A stretch of 64,000 nucleotides of DNA from the human T2T-CHM13v2.0 reference genome, Homo sapiens (GCF_009914755.1 NC_060942.1); one strand, 5' to 3'. Shown: positions 30,011 through 49,060, counted from the stretch's first letter. Numbers and translations: made by a program. Notes: generated from the sequence alone by a model not told the origin.

Positions 30011-31204
30011 AGGCAATCTAAAACTAGTTATTCATGCCATTATCTAATAGTCAAGTTTTGCATCTCTCTTTCTGGTCTGCTATAAATGAAAAGAAGAACT
30101 TCTTGAAAGCTACATGTAAAACTTTAAATAATGTTTTTTCCTGGATGTTGGCATCATAAGTAACTTAATCTACTGTCTACATTTATTACCCATGTAATTT
30201 AAAAGAATGAAATAACAAAGAAGAATGTTATGTTAGTTGGAATTTTTATATTGTTCTTTTGAGTTCTCCTTAACTTAGAAAATATCTCCTTATCTAAAGA
30301 AAAACGTAATCTACCAAATAGCCTAGGACTTGTCACTGGCTCTGTTATTCAGTTTTCCTTATTGTGATTTCATGAGGCTAAGATAATACCTTACTTTTGC
30401 TACCCTTTGAAGCTACAGTTAGTGATTAATAATATACCATGACTGAATAAAGTACGAAATGACATTGGGCAGAGAACATAGCTATAAAGGATATATGATA
30501 AATCTTATTGTCATTCATGAGCAAAGTCATTGTAGTATAATGTCATATGATGTATAAAATGATACATATTGATCAACTTTTTAAAAGTTGTTTCTATATG
30601 CCCCTGTTGTCACTTTTTTTTTTGATGGAGGATAAAATAATCCTCAGGCTTTATTCTACATGTAATGTGACAAATAGCTGGTGACAAAGAATCATTATTA
30701 TCATGATCAGTAATGAAGTCTATGGTGAAGTAATATTGCTGCAGAGACGATAATGCTCCATTATAATGACAGGATATTGTATTCATTTAAAGTATAAAAT
30801 AAATTATGATATCATTACTATTCATTGTAGGCAATATTAATCATTTATTACTATTATTAAATACAATTATGTGGAGAAAACTAATGGAGAGTTTTCTGAT
30901 GGCCCTGGGGCATTTTGATCCATTGACAACAGCAGGGCCCCAGCTATATTGGTCCCTGCTCCACCCCCAGCCTGGTGGGTGGTTTGTTCTACTGACAGTC
31001 ATAGCACTGATAGCAATGGCAGCAACAGAGTTCCTGGCCTTCCCTGCTCCCATTTCATAGAACACCCTCATTTGGTCTCATCTTGCCACAGTAGTGTCAA
31101 CATCAAAGCCTCAAGCCTTCTAAGACACTGGTCCACAAACAGAGCACTGCCAGGTGGTCCTGTCTACCTGTAGCAATAATAGGAGCTGAGATGATAAGGA
31201 TCAT

Positions 31205-32890
31205 GTATTGTATTAAATATTTACCCATATTTTTTTACTAATTCTGTTATTCTTCTTTCTTTCCTCCTGATGATTCAAGATTCCTTCTTTTATCATTTCC
31301 TTTTTATTTAGAGGTATTTCTCAAGCCATTTATTTTATGATAGGTTGGCTGATGACAAATTATCTTTTCTTTCACTAAAAATGTCCTGATTTCTGCTTTA
31401 TTCAAAAAGAATACTTTCACTGGATTTGGAGTTCAGCATTTGCATTTTTTTTCATTTTAGCATTGAAAAATGTTGTGCCACTTCTTCCCAGGCTCTGTAG
31501 CTTCTGATGAAAAATCTACTATCATTTAAATTGTTTTTCTCCTATAAGTAAGGTGTCATTTTTCTCTATCTGCTTTCCAGATTTTCCTTTGACTTTAGTT
31601 TAAAGTTTGTCTATGATGTGTCTTGTCATGGGTTTCTTTGAGTTTATCTTGTTTGAAGTCACTCAGCCTCTTGAATCTTGAATATTTTGCCAAATTTAAC
31701 AACCTTTCTATTGTTATTTCCTTAAGTAGTTTCTGTAGTCCTGCTCTTTTTCCTCTCTCCTGAGACTCTGATAACATGAGTGGTTGATATTTTGAGTCAT
31801 ATAAGCAAATTTCTGTTCCTTTTATTTTTTTCTGAGTCTATTTACTCTCTCTTGTTCAGATTGAGTATTTTCTATTGCTTTGTCTTCAAACTCATTGATT
31901 CTTTTCTCTGTCATAGCTATTCTACTATGGAGTTTACATATCAAGTATTCTGTTTTAGTTATTATATTTTTAAGTTCTAAAATTACTATTTTGCTTTTCT
32001 TCATATCTTCTATTTTTTGGTGAAACTTTCTGCTTTTCACTATTTGTCTCAAGTGTGACAAAAGGACTGGAAATATTGTGTCAGTACTGCCAGGAGAAGG
32101 TAAGGAGGAAGGACCTCCTAGTTGCTGATGGGTAGGAGTCCCAACTCAGCCTCCACTGATGTCTCTCTGGCTTGGAGGAGCAGTGGTATCTTGTTTTTTT
32201 TCTCTCTGTGTGATTTCCAGGTAGTAGATGGGTACAGTGGTGGGGCGGGGTGGGGGTGCATCACCACCTTATAGGGATGGAAATTCTGCCTCTCTGCTTC
32301 CCTACTGGCCCTTTCTGAGACTATTCCAGTACAGTGGGAGGTTAACCTACCTCCTTACAGCCTGGAGAGCGTGGAATTCTAGGTTTCTTACTAGGCTTTT
32401 GTTGGAGTACATGAGCAGGGGCCAGAATTTTCTATGATACTTGACTCAAATAGAGTGATTATTGTCTACGAGGTTGGTACAAAAGTTATTGAGGTTTCTG
32501 CTATTACTTTTACTGGCAAAAACCGGAATTACTTCTGCATCGATGTAATAACATTTTGTCTGCACTTTTTCTGGTCTTTGGGCTGAGTGTGCAGGCTCTT
32601 GTCAAGGCGTTTTGTTTTGGTTTGGTTTTGGTCTACATTTCTTGGTGTTTCTGAGCTGCTGCCTTGCTCAGCTCCTATTTTGAGATATATGAAGCCAAAA
32701 AAGAATAATAAATAAACGGCAGGAATTCACTACCATATTGATCATTAGGTCCTGAGGTCCCTAGCTGGTGTTTTTTTCTTCTCTACCTTTTAGTCTTCTT
32801 ATATATAACGTCCAAATGCAACTAAGATATTTAGTTGTACTTAGTGAGAAATAGGGAAAAGTACATCCACTCCATCTTCCCTGAAAGCTC
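31205..32890 (-). mobile_element. Ancient L1M 5' region including ORF1 remnants
   Basis: Minus-strand ORFs 31595-31777 and 31822-32061 resemble L1 ORF1 (coiled coil EKRINEFEDKAIENTQSEQ; KEITIERLLNLAK). Confidence 0.7.
32469..32548. mobile_element. MADE1-type mariner-derived MITE (80-bp palindrome) with TA TSD
   Basis: ta|cgaggttggtacaaaagttattgaggtttctgctattacttttactggcaaaaaccggaattacttctgcatcgatgtaa|ta. Confidence 0.88.
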
Positions 32891-35299
32891 TCTGTTCACC
32901 CACACACAGTTTTAAATGCACCATCCATTCAATGATCTGAAAGAATTTAAATAAAACAAAATTTATGTAAAAATATTTTAAATAACCATCTACTTAAAAA
33001 CACATTACAATTTTATTAGATTAAAAACCATGAAATTGTTAATATTCAAGTTTTTAACCCATAAATATAGTGTTTAAAAAATGCAATATGCTAGGATGTC
33101 ACTAGTAATGTCATAGCAACTCAAATCAGAGGAAAAAGGAGTGGGGAAGATAATCGCAAATGACTTCAATGATAGAGCATAGTAATCTTGCTAGCAACTC
33201 ACACATTAAGATATCCTTGGCTATTTTTGTGTTTTAATGAATTACAACTACTTAAGAGGTTTGTGTTGGAAATGTCAGATATAGCTGTCAAGAATAGTTA
33301 GGCAGAGTGTGTTTTGCACACATCTAGGGACTATTCTTACAATGTAGACATCATAGCATTTTTTATTATTAAGATTTTTTTTGGTATATAACAGTAATAT
33401 GCCCTGCCCTAATAATGTTATTGTAATAGGTTTCCAAAACATGAAAATAAAGTGTCTGGAAAAGGAAGCACATTTTTGTAACACATACATAGAGATTTTC
33501 TTAAATCACCTAGGCTCTTGAGGCACTAAGATAACTAAACACTAAAGATATTTTAATTTGGTACAAGTGAAGTTTTAGGTAACGTTTAAAAGCAGCAGCT
33601 ATATAGAAGCAGGGGAAAGGGCACTCATTCTGTTTTCTCCTCTACATAGACTGTGCCTCTAAGCCAGGGGATAGCCCAGGAGCCAGGTATAAACCAGAGT
33701 GCAACCTTCTCCCTCATGGAAGGGGTTACATTCTTCTCACAAGGAGAAGCATTATTTGTTTACAATAATCCACATCCATCAGGCTCCTCATACAAGTTAA
33801 TACTTTCCAGATTTTGGAAATAAATTTTCAGTCTTTAGGGAATACTTTTACTCATTTATGAGTTTCTAACCTTTCTATATTTTCACAGATATTTTAAATA
33901 AAACTGTATAAGGCTACATCAGTGGCCAGTTGCCATTTTAAACAAATAGTTGCATACTCACACATTTTGTTTTCAAAATAAATACGTAAATTATCTAGCC
34001 AATATTTCAAAGGTCAAAAAATACTTTCTGAATTTTTGGTTAAAACAAAGCTCACTTAAGAAAACTGCCAGGGTCAAGAGCTAAATATTATTGGAGTCAG
34101 GGAGGAGGTTAGGGGATGGATTCTGGACACATTCGCACTTTAGATTGGCACTCTTCCTAGAGTGGGACAAATTGTTCCTAACTCTTGCCTGGTGGTTGCT
34201 GTTAGCAATACAAAGCCATTAAATTCAATAGTGACCTCAGCATCAAACCTCACCCAAATAGCTTCCAGTTTCACAGCTTGAATCTCCAATTGCATTGATT
34301 CATCTCCATTCCCTGTCTAGATAGTCTTCATGATGAGAGCTTTTTCCCCATGGGCTGTACTTGATTTTCACAATCCCACTCTTGGTAATCACAGTGCTTT
34401 GAACTCATTCCCAGACAAGAGTTTCCACTGACTATTGTCAATCAAACTGTTCATTTCCAGCTGTTAAAGTTCAGAGTCATTGGACACAATTAAGAACTCG
34501 AGAAAAATATCTTCTTCCATCATATAAATGGTGATGATGTAATTGGAAAAAATCATTCATTTGATTATATACGGCTCTCTAGTTTCATTTATAAAACTCT
34601 GTCTCTCCAACTACTTTATAAAAGCTACAAGAGGCACAATCTGTGTTTTTCTTCTACATTACTCTTTGAACATAGTGTTAACAGTTAATTAATGTTTCTT
34701 GGATTGACTTAATGAGCCTTAGGATGTCAGTTATTTTCCTGAGATTATTTAAAAAGAAAATTATGATCACCCATATGTGGATTATTTTTATTGTGTGCCT
34801 ACTGTGAGAAAAACTGTGCAAGGCACAAGCATATTAACAAAGAGTAAGAAAGAGAAACTTATCCTCAAGCATCTTACAGACCAGTAGATCATAGATGCAA
34901 AAAGTAAAGGGAGACATCATGAGAGAGATAAACCCAGAGCTACAATAATTATTTTTTTCAACTGGATGTTATTGGTAAGATTACTGGAAAAGATGACCTT
35001 TGAACTGACGTTTGTGAAAGCTAGGTAGAAATTGGATACGCAGAAATGAAAGAGAAGCATTTTAAGAAAGAATATTGACAATAATTTATTTACATCATGC
35101 ACTTGTTCAATGTATACATTATCATTTAGATAATGTTTGTTACCTTCATCAGATAACATCTGACATGGCAGAAATAATGTGGGGCAGAGTTCAGACATCA
35201 TAGCAGTATGTCCTAGGGGCCTAGATTAGCTATTGACACCAGCCAGAGATACAAAATGATCATATGGAAATTCTAGAATTGTTATTTTTAAAATGTAAT

Positions 35300-36900
35300 T
35301 TGAGAGGTAATCATTCACTTTTCTCACTCAAGAAGTGACTACTGAGGTCATAACTATGTGCAAAGTATATTGATTTCTACCCTGTGTAAAAAGGCAATCA
35401 CAAAGTAATATGCTTTACCATATATTTATTGAAAAAGATATTTTTGTGGCAAGCAAAACAACTGCAATGGTATGTGTTAAATATTATAATGGAGCTATAT
35501 TCATTAAATTTGTTATGCCATGCAGATGTCAGAGAAATTAATTTTGCATGTGAAACTCAGGGGAAGCAAGAAAACATATTTGAGTTAGACAGACCTTTAA
35601 AAATGAAGAATCATTTAGTTTACCTTGTGGACCACATATACAGATTAGGGCATTCTATAGCAAAGCAGGAACAAGGTAGGGAGTCATGAACATCACGTTA
35701 CCAACACGATTTGACCAGACCTTTGTATGGCCAAAGATGAGTTCAGAAATTCTGATGGGACTCAAGATCTACAAGGCATGTAGAAACACAGATCTGGGGG
35801 TATAGGCAAAATCAAGTTTGGAGATACAGATCTTAGAACCAGAAATATAAAGATAATACTTAGCATCATTAACGTAGATAAAATTTTCCACGAAAAGCTT
35901 TTGCCCAGTCTGAAGAATTGGCATGCTTAGACACTAACACCAGCTCTGCTACTTATTAGCTCTGTGGTCAAGTTACCTACCTTCCTAAATTTTAGATTTT
36001 ATTTTTATAAACAAGCACGAGAGAACTACTTACTTCTACTAGTTTACTGTGCTGACTTCCTGTGATATAATTCTTTCAAAAACCGTAGAACAGGCACTGA
36101 CATAGAGAAGAACTCAAAGATCTCAGTTACTATTAATGTCATTGAAGATGGCTATGATAGGACCCTAGAAAACACTAACACTAATGCAATAACCAGTAAA
36201 GGAGTAAAAGAGAGAAAGTAATTAGAGGTAGAAAAAGCCAATGGGTGAGTTATTTCATAAAACCTCATGGGAAAAAAGTTACAAAATGTATAAGGACAAA
36301 AGAGTCGAACTCTCAATCAAAATTCTCACAGGTCCAGAAAGATGGGGCCTAGAAATAAAATCGTGAGATTTGACTGGTGGCAGGCCTTTGGTGACCTTTT
36401 GTTATAGTAGTTTCAGCTGGACTATGGGGGTAAAAATTTGATGTATGTAGACTTGAAGGTATAAGAGGATGGAGTGAAAATTATGATACACTGTTCGTTA
36501 CTGAAAGGAAATAAACTGTAGCTTAAGTGGGAAGTAGAGTGGAGGCGTAGTTTAATTACTGTTGATGTCTTAAACACATTGTCAGACAAAATAAATAACA
36601 TCTATGGAGAAGGAGAAATTAATGAAAGATGAGGTATTTTGTAGAGAATGCCCCAAAAAGATTTAAAGAAATAGAACCAAAGGCACAGGTAGAGAGATGC
36701 TCTGATAATTTTTTACAAAGGTAGAGAAACTTCCTTGATTCAGATAGGAAAAAATGAATAGAAGTATAGATTGGAGATAATGCAGGAGATGTGAAAGCCA
36801 TACTCCTAACAGCTCCTGTTTCCTGAGAAATTGAAGCTTAACTGACTAAAATTGAGAGGGTTATTGATAGAGATATTTGAAAGAAAATAGAAAGAACTGG
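35300..36900 (-). mobile_element. L2 fragments with an embedded MIR (~35920-36135)
   Basis: tcattcactttt...actgaggtcataactatgtgcaa; MIR core cagctctgctacttattagctctgtggtcaagttacctacc; L2 text gcctttggtgaccttt...gtttcag. Approximate. Confidence 0.45.
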
Positions 36901-38539
36901 AACTGCTTGGAAAGGAAAAATTATGAGTTAGGAATAAGTCAACATTTTGTATAGCATTTCTGGAAGACCACATGATACTGGAACAAATTAATTTTTAAAA
37001 AGTGGTCTCTCAGAATGGGTAAGTGGTTTCCTCTGGGTATGTTAGAAGATCCTCTGACTTGACCCAAATGAAACAAAAACTAAGGGCCTTTCTGAGAATG
37101 TTTTTAAAAGTATTTGGCCATAAGTTTTAGCCTAGAGATAGGAGGCACTGATAGCTTGAGAGAATGAAAGATTGTAAGATGCAGCTATGCCCTCAAGAAG
37201 GTTTTACTCTAGGAGAAAACACTGGGACACCGGTGAAGACGATATTAAAAAAATACATGACAAATACTATAAGAATGATAAAAGCAAGTGTTATACAGTT
37301 AGGGGAAAAAATGAAAGTAATTCAACAGGGGGATTAGGAAAGGTTATTTGATAAAAGTGACATTGGTCAAATTTAAGAAGGCTTAAGAGGAGAGCCACCC
37401 TCTTGTTCTTGCCCTCAGCTGAGAGTGTTACTTGTTATTTCAAATTTACACTATTTTTCTATTCTTCATCTGTACTCTTAGGATTTGAAAACATTGTGTT
37501 TTTTTTTTTTTTAATAAAATCAGGTCACAAAATAAGTCTCCAGAAGAAATGCCTTCTTATGAGGCAATATGCTGCATCTTCTGGAGAATGATCAGCCTTA
37601 GGTCCAGAGTAAGGCTGAAACCTCTGTTTTGATGACAGCTGAAAGTTAAGATCAACCTGAGACTGGAAATATACATTGTCTTAGTGATTCAATAAGAACT
37701 AAGTTTTCACATGGAAAGAGGTCACCTAACCTTGCATACCAGAAAGGAATAATAGAATTTGAGCAGGGTGCCAGAAAGATGCCACCTGCTCTCCAAGCTA
37801 CATGGTCTTCAACATGACTAAGCAGTGGTTTTTGAAGCCAGCTTTTCACCAGTCAATCTTCATAGCTGGACTATGCTGCAGATAAAAGTCAAGCCATGTG
37901 GAAATAAGAGCAGGGAAGACAGTTTTTAGGAGTCAGTGACAGAGAGACCTTAGCAGGAGGAGTAACTGCAGGTCAGTGCAGCATAGAAAGAAACCAATGG
38001 GGAGGAAGAAATGGGCCTTTTCATTTATTAATTAAAGGAACAGAGCAGGACTGACAAATATATTGCTGACCATAAAAAAGAAGTAGTAAAAAACTCAGAG
38101 ACAGAGGGATTGAACTAAGATGTAAAAACCAGACTAAGTCTTGAAGACACTTGAAGGAAATAAGAATCTTACCAGTCTTAGTGTTGGTGCCAAATAAAAG
38201 TTGCCTTGGGTTACCATCTGGGTAACTTAACCTAGTATTCTATGCAGATAAGTTGAATAAATACTAAACTTAGGATGTTTAACATGGGAATATCTAAGAA
38301 ATGGACTAGAGAAAACAGATAACACTAGTTATATTTTGGTAAATATGAATTACTAAAAATTTTTAGCAATTTCCACTAGATTTTATTTCTTTATGTATGA
38401 GACATGATTTTAGCAGTATGACAAAAATATGTCAAAATCAGGGAGGTTTATCTTTCCACAATATATGCACAGGAGTGGACACAGTGAGATTGTGGTCATG
38501 GTTTGGGGGGTTGTAAACACATAGAAACATAAATCAGGG

Positions 38540-38830
38540 AGACTAGATGCAGTGGATGATGCCTGTTATCTCAGTGATTTGATTGCTTGAGTGCTTGAGG
38601 CCAGGAGTTTGATATCAGCCTGGGCAACATAGTGAGACCTCATCTCTACAATTTTTTTTTTTTAAATAGCTGGATGTGGTGGCATGTGCCTTTAATCCTG
38701 GCTGCTCAGAAGACTGAGGCAGGAGAGTAGCTTGAGCCCAAGAGGCTGAGATTGAAATAATAAGCCATGATTGCACCACTGCACTCCAGCCTGGGCAAAA
38801 GAGCAAGACCCTGTCTCTAAAAAAATAAGA
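38540..38830 (+). mobile_element. AluJ-like with a left-arm deletion; TSD cataaatcag (38528-38537 / 38836-38845)
   Basis: gcttgaggccaggagtttga...agcctgggcaacatagtgagacc...gcttgagccca. Confidence 0.88.
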
Positions 38831-39614
38831 CAATGCATAAATCAGTAGAAAAAAAACTAAACCAGTCTGATTAAATCAAGGAATGGGAGAGGGAATGTAC
38901 AGAACAATTATGCAAGAGTCATCAGATCCATATGAACTAATGTTGATTTGTGTTATTTCTCAAGGCAATCAGAAATGATGCATGAAAAACTCTATTCACT
39001 CAGGTAGAATAGGTGGAATTTAAAACGTGGCTCAGTCCCTCCATGCAGCATTATAAAATGTTAAGCTAATTCTAAACCACTGGGAGTAAGAGCCACAAAA
39101 ATAAATCCTTCCTAATTCCCTTTGGTCTGCTTGTAAAGACACTAAATGTCAAGAAAGTTCAACTTAAATGTGTGGAAAATTTTCTCAATCACAGCTCCTC
39201 AATATTTCCAGTTGCCCAAATCCAGGCCATGTTGTGCCCCCAGGGGCACTCAATTCACCTTTTCACCATGATAACACTATAGAAGAACACAACATCGAGG
39301 TCAGCTTCTTTATGCTTTTTAGATCTTCCCTGTGCTTGCCCCATATAAGAAAAGCAATGGGGAAACCTTCTGAAAGGTAGAATATAAAGCATAATGTTCT
39401 ATTAGTAATAGGAAATACTTGGTAAACTACCCACTCAGACTGCATCCCGTGGATCTGAATGACATTCAGATCTTCTTAAGTCCAAATGCTATTGATATAA
39501 CAGCATTCTGACAGATCCTCCCATGAGTACTCATCATTTTCATCCTGAAGGATTGCTGATCCCCACATATTCTATATTCTCTCTTAACAATGACTCTTTG
39601 GTCCTGTGGAGTAA

Positions 39615-40150
39615 GATTTAGCAATTAAATTCATAGGCTTTGGAATCTAGCCAGTCTGTGTTCAAATCCAGGCTGTATCATTCACTAAAGCCTCAGCTTT
39701 TTCCCCTATGAGTTGGGGCTATTGTGTTAGCATCTAAGACAGTTGAGAAGATGCCAGTAAAGTGCGTGAGAGGTAGTAGATTCTGGTGACTGTTGTTATA
39801 ATAATTATTATTATAATTTACTTTTCACCACGTGGAATTTTCCTTTCATTCTAACCTATCTATATATCATTAGTCCTGTAAGGTACAGCTTAAGTCCCAC
39901 CTTTGCCGACAATGTTACCATTCACTATGTTCATTCACACTCTAACTTAGACATTGTATGGAACTAAATAATTGTAACAATCTGTTAATATACTCTCATT
40001 TATCAGCTAGTTCATTAAACATATTGTATTCTTGTAACTAGATAATTAATGAATTGCAGGCAAGGAATACAGCTTTGCATTATACATATTTGGTTTCCAC
40101 TCACAGCTTGGCATGAGTAAGGCACATCGTAGCTATTTAATAAATATGGG
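39615..40150 (+). mobile_element. MIR (~39615-39800) followed by an L2 3' end (~39860-40150)
   Basis: ggctttggaatctagccagtctgtgttcaaatccaggct; ...ggcacatcgtagctatttaataaatatgggctga. Confidence 0.5.
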
Positions 40151-40949
40151 CTGATGGAGGACATTATTATTTCATCTATGAAGTGATTACTGTCCAGGCA
40201 TTGCTAAGAATAATGAGGCCTTATTGTCAACCCTCATAAATTCAGAGTATTTCAGAGCAACATCCAGTTGGAATTATTGAAAAGTTTGATGTTTGTTTTC
40301 TCTTAAGAAATGTAGTTCTCTAACTCTCAGTAGATTGCAGACTTCTGTTTATTCTGGCAACATTTAAAAAGGCAACTAAGTCATTATTCCTATAATTTCC
40401 ATTGAGGGGACCTGAAATATGAGGAGAAAACCTGCAACAGCCCTGGAAGGTGATGTCATTCATATACAAAAACTATTAAGGAATTTCTGCTTGAAAAACT
40501 GCCAAAGGGCTTCACATTTCTCCTTATTAAAGAGCTGTTTACTTAGGAAGTAATTAGAGAAACCATGTCAAAACTTCACTGACACTCCTAATTTGAAAAG
40601 TAGAAAGCAGATACTAGGGTTATTCTGGTCAGCTGGCAGCAAACCAGATAGTGAAACAATCTGTTTGCGCCATTTTAAAGTCCTACCTTTGCGGCAGAAC
40701 ATTTTCCCAGAGGGAATAGCTATCATGCAGATGACAGAGAGAAAACCAACTCAACAAAGCAAGGCCTCTTCTGCCAAGAGCTGATGTTTGCATTGGCTAA
40801 GAAGCTAGGGCTGGAATGCATATTTTTCAGGAATCCAATCCATTGAGCAGACAGCTTCTGTCTGGATCCTGTGGTTACAGCAAGAATAGAGTGACTTCTG
40901 TAGAATGAACCCTCAGAACATATGAGTGCACCAAAAAGTTGGCTGGCAT

Positions 40950-44072
<3,123 letters not shown>

Positions 44073-44159
44073 AGTTAGCATTAAAAAAAGCAAAAACAAA
44101 AACAACAAAAAAAGAAAAGTTAGCATAAAAAAAAAACAAAAACAAACAAAAAAAAGAAT

Positions 44160-45790
<1,631 letters not shown>

Positions 45791-47569
45791 ACAGAACTTC
45801 ACTCCTAACAGAAATGCCTAAGAAACAACTTTACTGTAATGATGAAAAGATTTGCAAACTATCTGGTGTGATAGTAAAATTAAGGTACAGAGGAGATATT
45901 TAGGCCCTGAATTTAAATAAATGGCAATGAACTGACATGTCATTTGTATTATTTTAAAAGGCATATTTTATGGCCTTCAGGATAGTTATTTCTCTTAGGT
46001 AAGTTAAGCATTCCCCTTGAATTTTTAATTGGAAGAATTGATTTGCTTAGTAGGAAAAAAAACAAAAAACAACTCATGTTTAAATAATGAGTTCAGGGTA
46101 AATCTTGTCCAAGAGATGGTACTTCACAAAATCCAACGCTGAAAAGCTGTTTCTTTTTCAGCTGATGAGCAAGGGTGTATTTCACAATGCCTGGCTTGGG
46201 AGATCCAGTGTTAATACAACCTAAGTCCCCTGCAAGAGAAAAACTTCTGGAAAGCCCAGGGAGAAAGAACAGGACTTATTTTATTTAATCATTTATCTAT
46301 TTACCTAGCTATTTACTTAGTTACAGGCATCACAATTTTTGTTTGTGGTTTCTAGCTACTGGTTGAGTGCTTTGTTTTGTTTTCCCGAAAGGGACAGAGT
46401 CTGTGTTCTTTAGCAAGGATATGGGGATGGGGAAGTAATTTATATCCTTATTTGTTAAAATGCACAGATTTTCTCAACACGTCTTCTTCCTCCCCTGGCA
46501 AATTTCATCCCCTACCGCCCAGTAAATCATCTTTCAAAGCTTGGGGTTGATATATTCTCCTTTGAAACGTACATATCAGAGAAAAATCACTGGAGATTTG
46601 CATTATTCTAAACAATTTATGAGAAAGTCTGCCTGACTGTATTTCCCAGTAGAAAGGATGGGGCCATTTTTATAAATGATTTATTATTGTTTTCTTCTGT
46701 AGGCACCAATAGATGAGACAGAAAAATCAAAGTTAATTAAGTAAAAAGCAATCAATTTTTTCTTTAAAGCATATATGTGTATATATTTTATATGTGGTTG
46801 CACTTTATAAGTGTGTTTATAAGTTTTTGTATTCTCTATGGGTAGATATGAATATGGATGTATGACATTCATTTTAAAAACTCTGTTCTCACTCATCTCA
46901 TATTTGAAGATATGACTGTAAAAGGTACTAAATGGAAAACAGGAAAGCATGCCAACAACCAGCTGATGGGAGACATCTGAAAGAAATTAGACACATTTTC
47001 AGGAGTACTTTTCCATTCCCTTCCTATGCCCCTGGCTAGTGTGTTCTTTGTACATCAGATTCCAACTCTGGAGAAGCTGCCAGGCATGCAGGACCAACGC
47101 CTGGCCCTGGTGTCTCCTTCATTGATCAGATACAGCGGGGAAGAAATTTGAGCCAAGCCCCCTGCCATGACTGCGTGAGATACTGATTTTGATGCGTTTG
47201 TATGTATACACATACATACACACACAAACACACACACATTTATTCACATGCTTTCTGAAAGGGGGTACGGGGTGGGGAGAGATTATTAGGATTGTCAAAA
47301 GATAAACAAACTTGAATCAATCGTACAGAACATAAATACAGAGCTTGCTAGACAGCAACAACAGCAAATACCAATGGTTGCAAAGTTTGCTTTCAGACAG
47401 GCTAGATATCATCTTTCAGAGTATCTTCTTCACCCCGGCCCCCACCTCCAACAGTTACTCCTTCCACTGTGTCAGGCTAACCTGACTCCCATGAAAACCA
47501 GGCATTGCTCTCAGTTAAGAAATACCTTCAAAACTTGCTTCTCTGAAATGTTTGCAGTCTAGGAGGGGT

Positions 47570-47880
47570 CTGTGTTGGCTGTTTGCCTACACAATCTCAG
47601 CTCTTGGATTCCTGACTTTTTTCTGTTCTACTTTGCTCTGTGTAGCAGAGCACAGGCCCTTGAAAATTATGTTTCTTAGACTCTCTTGCCGCTTATTTAG
47701 CTTTGCCCCCGGGAAGCACTGCTAGGAAACTATAGAACAGGAAGAGGGGAAAAGCAAAGGTGTTTTGTCCCTCATTTTGGTTGCTGGTGGCCTGTCAGAG
47801 AGTTGCTGTATCTCCTTTCTGGCCCTTGTTCTGTCAGGGCAATTCCTCCTTCCTAGCTCCCACCTCTTGCAGGTGGCTCC
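47570..47880. mobile_element. ERVL solo-LTR fragment (LTR33-like)
   Basis: gaaaattatgtttcttagactctcttgcc...gggaagcactgctaggaaactatagaacaggaagaggggaaaagcaaaggtgtttt. Confidence 0.5.
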
Positions 47881-48761
47881 AGCGTGAGATTTGGAGCAGT
47901 CCATTTCCTAGCTGTATGGCCTAAACAATTTCTACTGGCCTCAGTTTTCTCCCCTTGAAATGGTGCAATGCTATCTGTCCTGATGAATTAACCTGAGATC
48001 ATCGATGTGGAATCACTTCTTAGATTGCACAAATCTGTTTGCTAATTAGGTACATGAGGTGCTTTACAAATCTTTCTATATGTACATATTCAAACATTTC
48101 ATACGTTTATCTGGGATGTTTTAAGAAGCAATATTTTTTCTAAGGGGACTGACTCTTCAAGGGTACTAAAAGTAGGGATTATAATTAGGTTACTGAAATA
48201 AGATTTTAAAACCATATAAGCTACTTTAAGAATAATTTGGAGGAGATGTGGTCCCTGGCTTAGTTCTCAAGTAACTCAGAGTAGAGAAGTGAGCTACTCA
48301 GCATATACACAGGCTGCGCTTGCCTAAAAAGATACAGAAAGAAAAATATTTTTAGTTCAACATAGGATTCTTGGTTATTCCCAGTACACTTTGTGCTTGG
48401 CAGGTTTTATTTGCCTGGATAGTATATCAAAATCCCTAAAATAAAGTAAATGAGATTACATTTTGTGAGGGATTTCATGCCTTTTTAGAAAACATTACAC
48501 AGAGCTAAACCAAATTCATAAAGATGAACATATTTGCAATCATAAGATCCATGGAATGGAAGACGGAAAATAGATGGCTTAGTGTACCAGTCAACTACTG
48601 TTACAATAATGCTTTGCAAGAAAGTACTCCAAAATTCAGCATGTTTTTTGTTTGTGTTGCCTAATTCTTAGGTTGGCAATTTGGCGCTTGACTGGAGCTC
48701 CACTAGGCTTAACTCCAGACTGGAGGCTGGGTTGAGATCTTTTCCACAGGACTTTTTCTGG

Positions 48762-48885
48762 TTTTCTTTTCTTTTCTTTTCTTTTCTTTTCTTTTCTTTT
48801 CTTTTCTTTTCTTTTCTTCTCTTCTCTTTTCTGTTCTTTTCTTTTCTTTCTTTCTCTCTTTTTCTTTCTCTTTTTCTTTCTCTTT

Positions 48886-48933
<48 letters not shown>

Positions 48934-49060
48934 TCCTTCCTTCCTTCCTTCCTTCCTTCCTTCCTTCATTCCTTCCTTCCTTCCTTCCTTCCTTCTGTCT
49001 TTCTCTTTCTTTCTCTTTCTTTCATTCATTCATCTGTCTTTTTATTTATTTGTTTATTTT
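48762..49060. repeat. ~300-bp polypyrimidine compound microsatellite (TTTTC)n(TTTC)n(TTCC)n derived from an Alu tail
   Basis: Directly visible; adjoins an antisense Alu arm. Confidence 0.95.
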
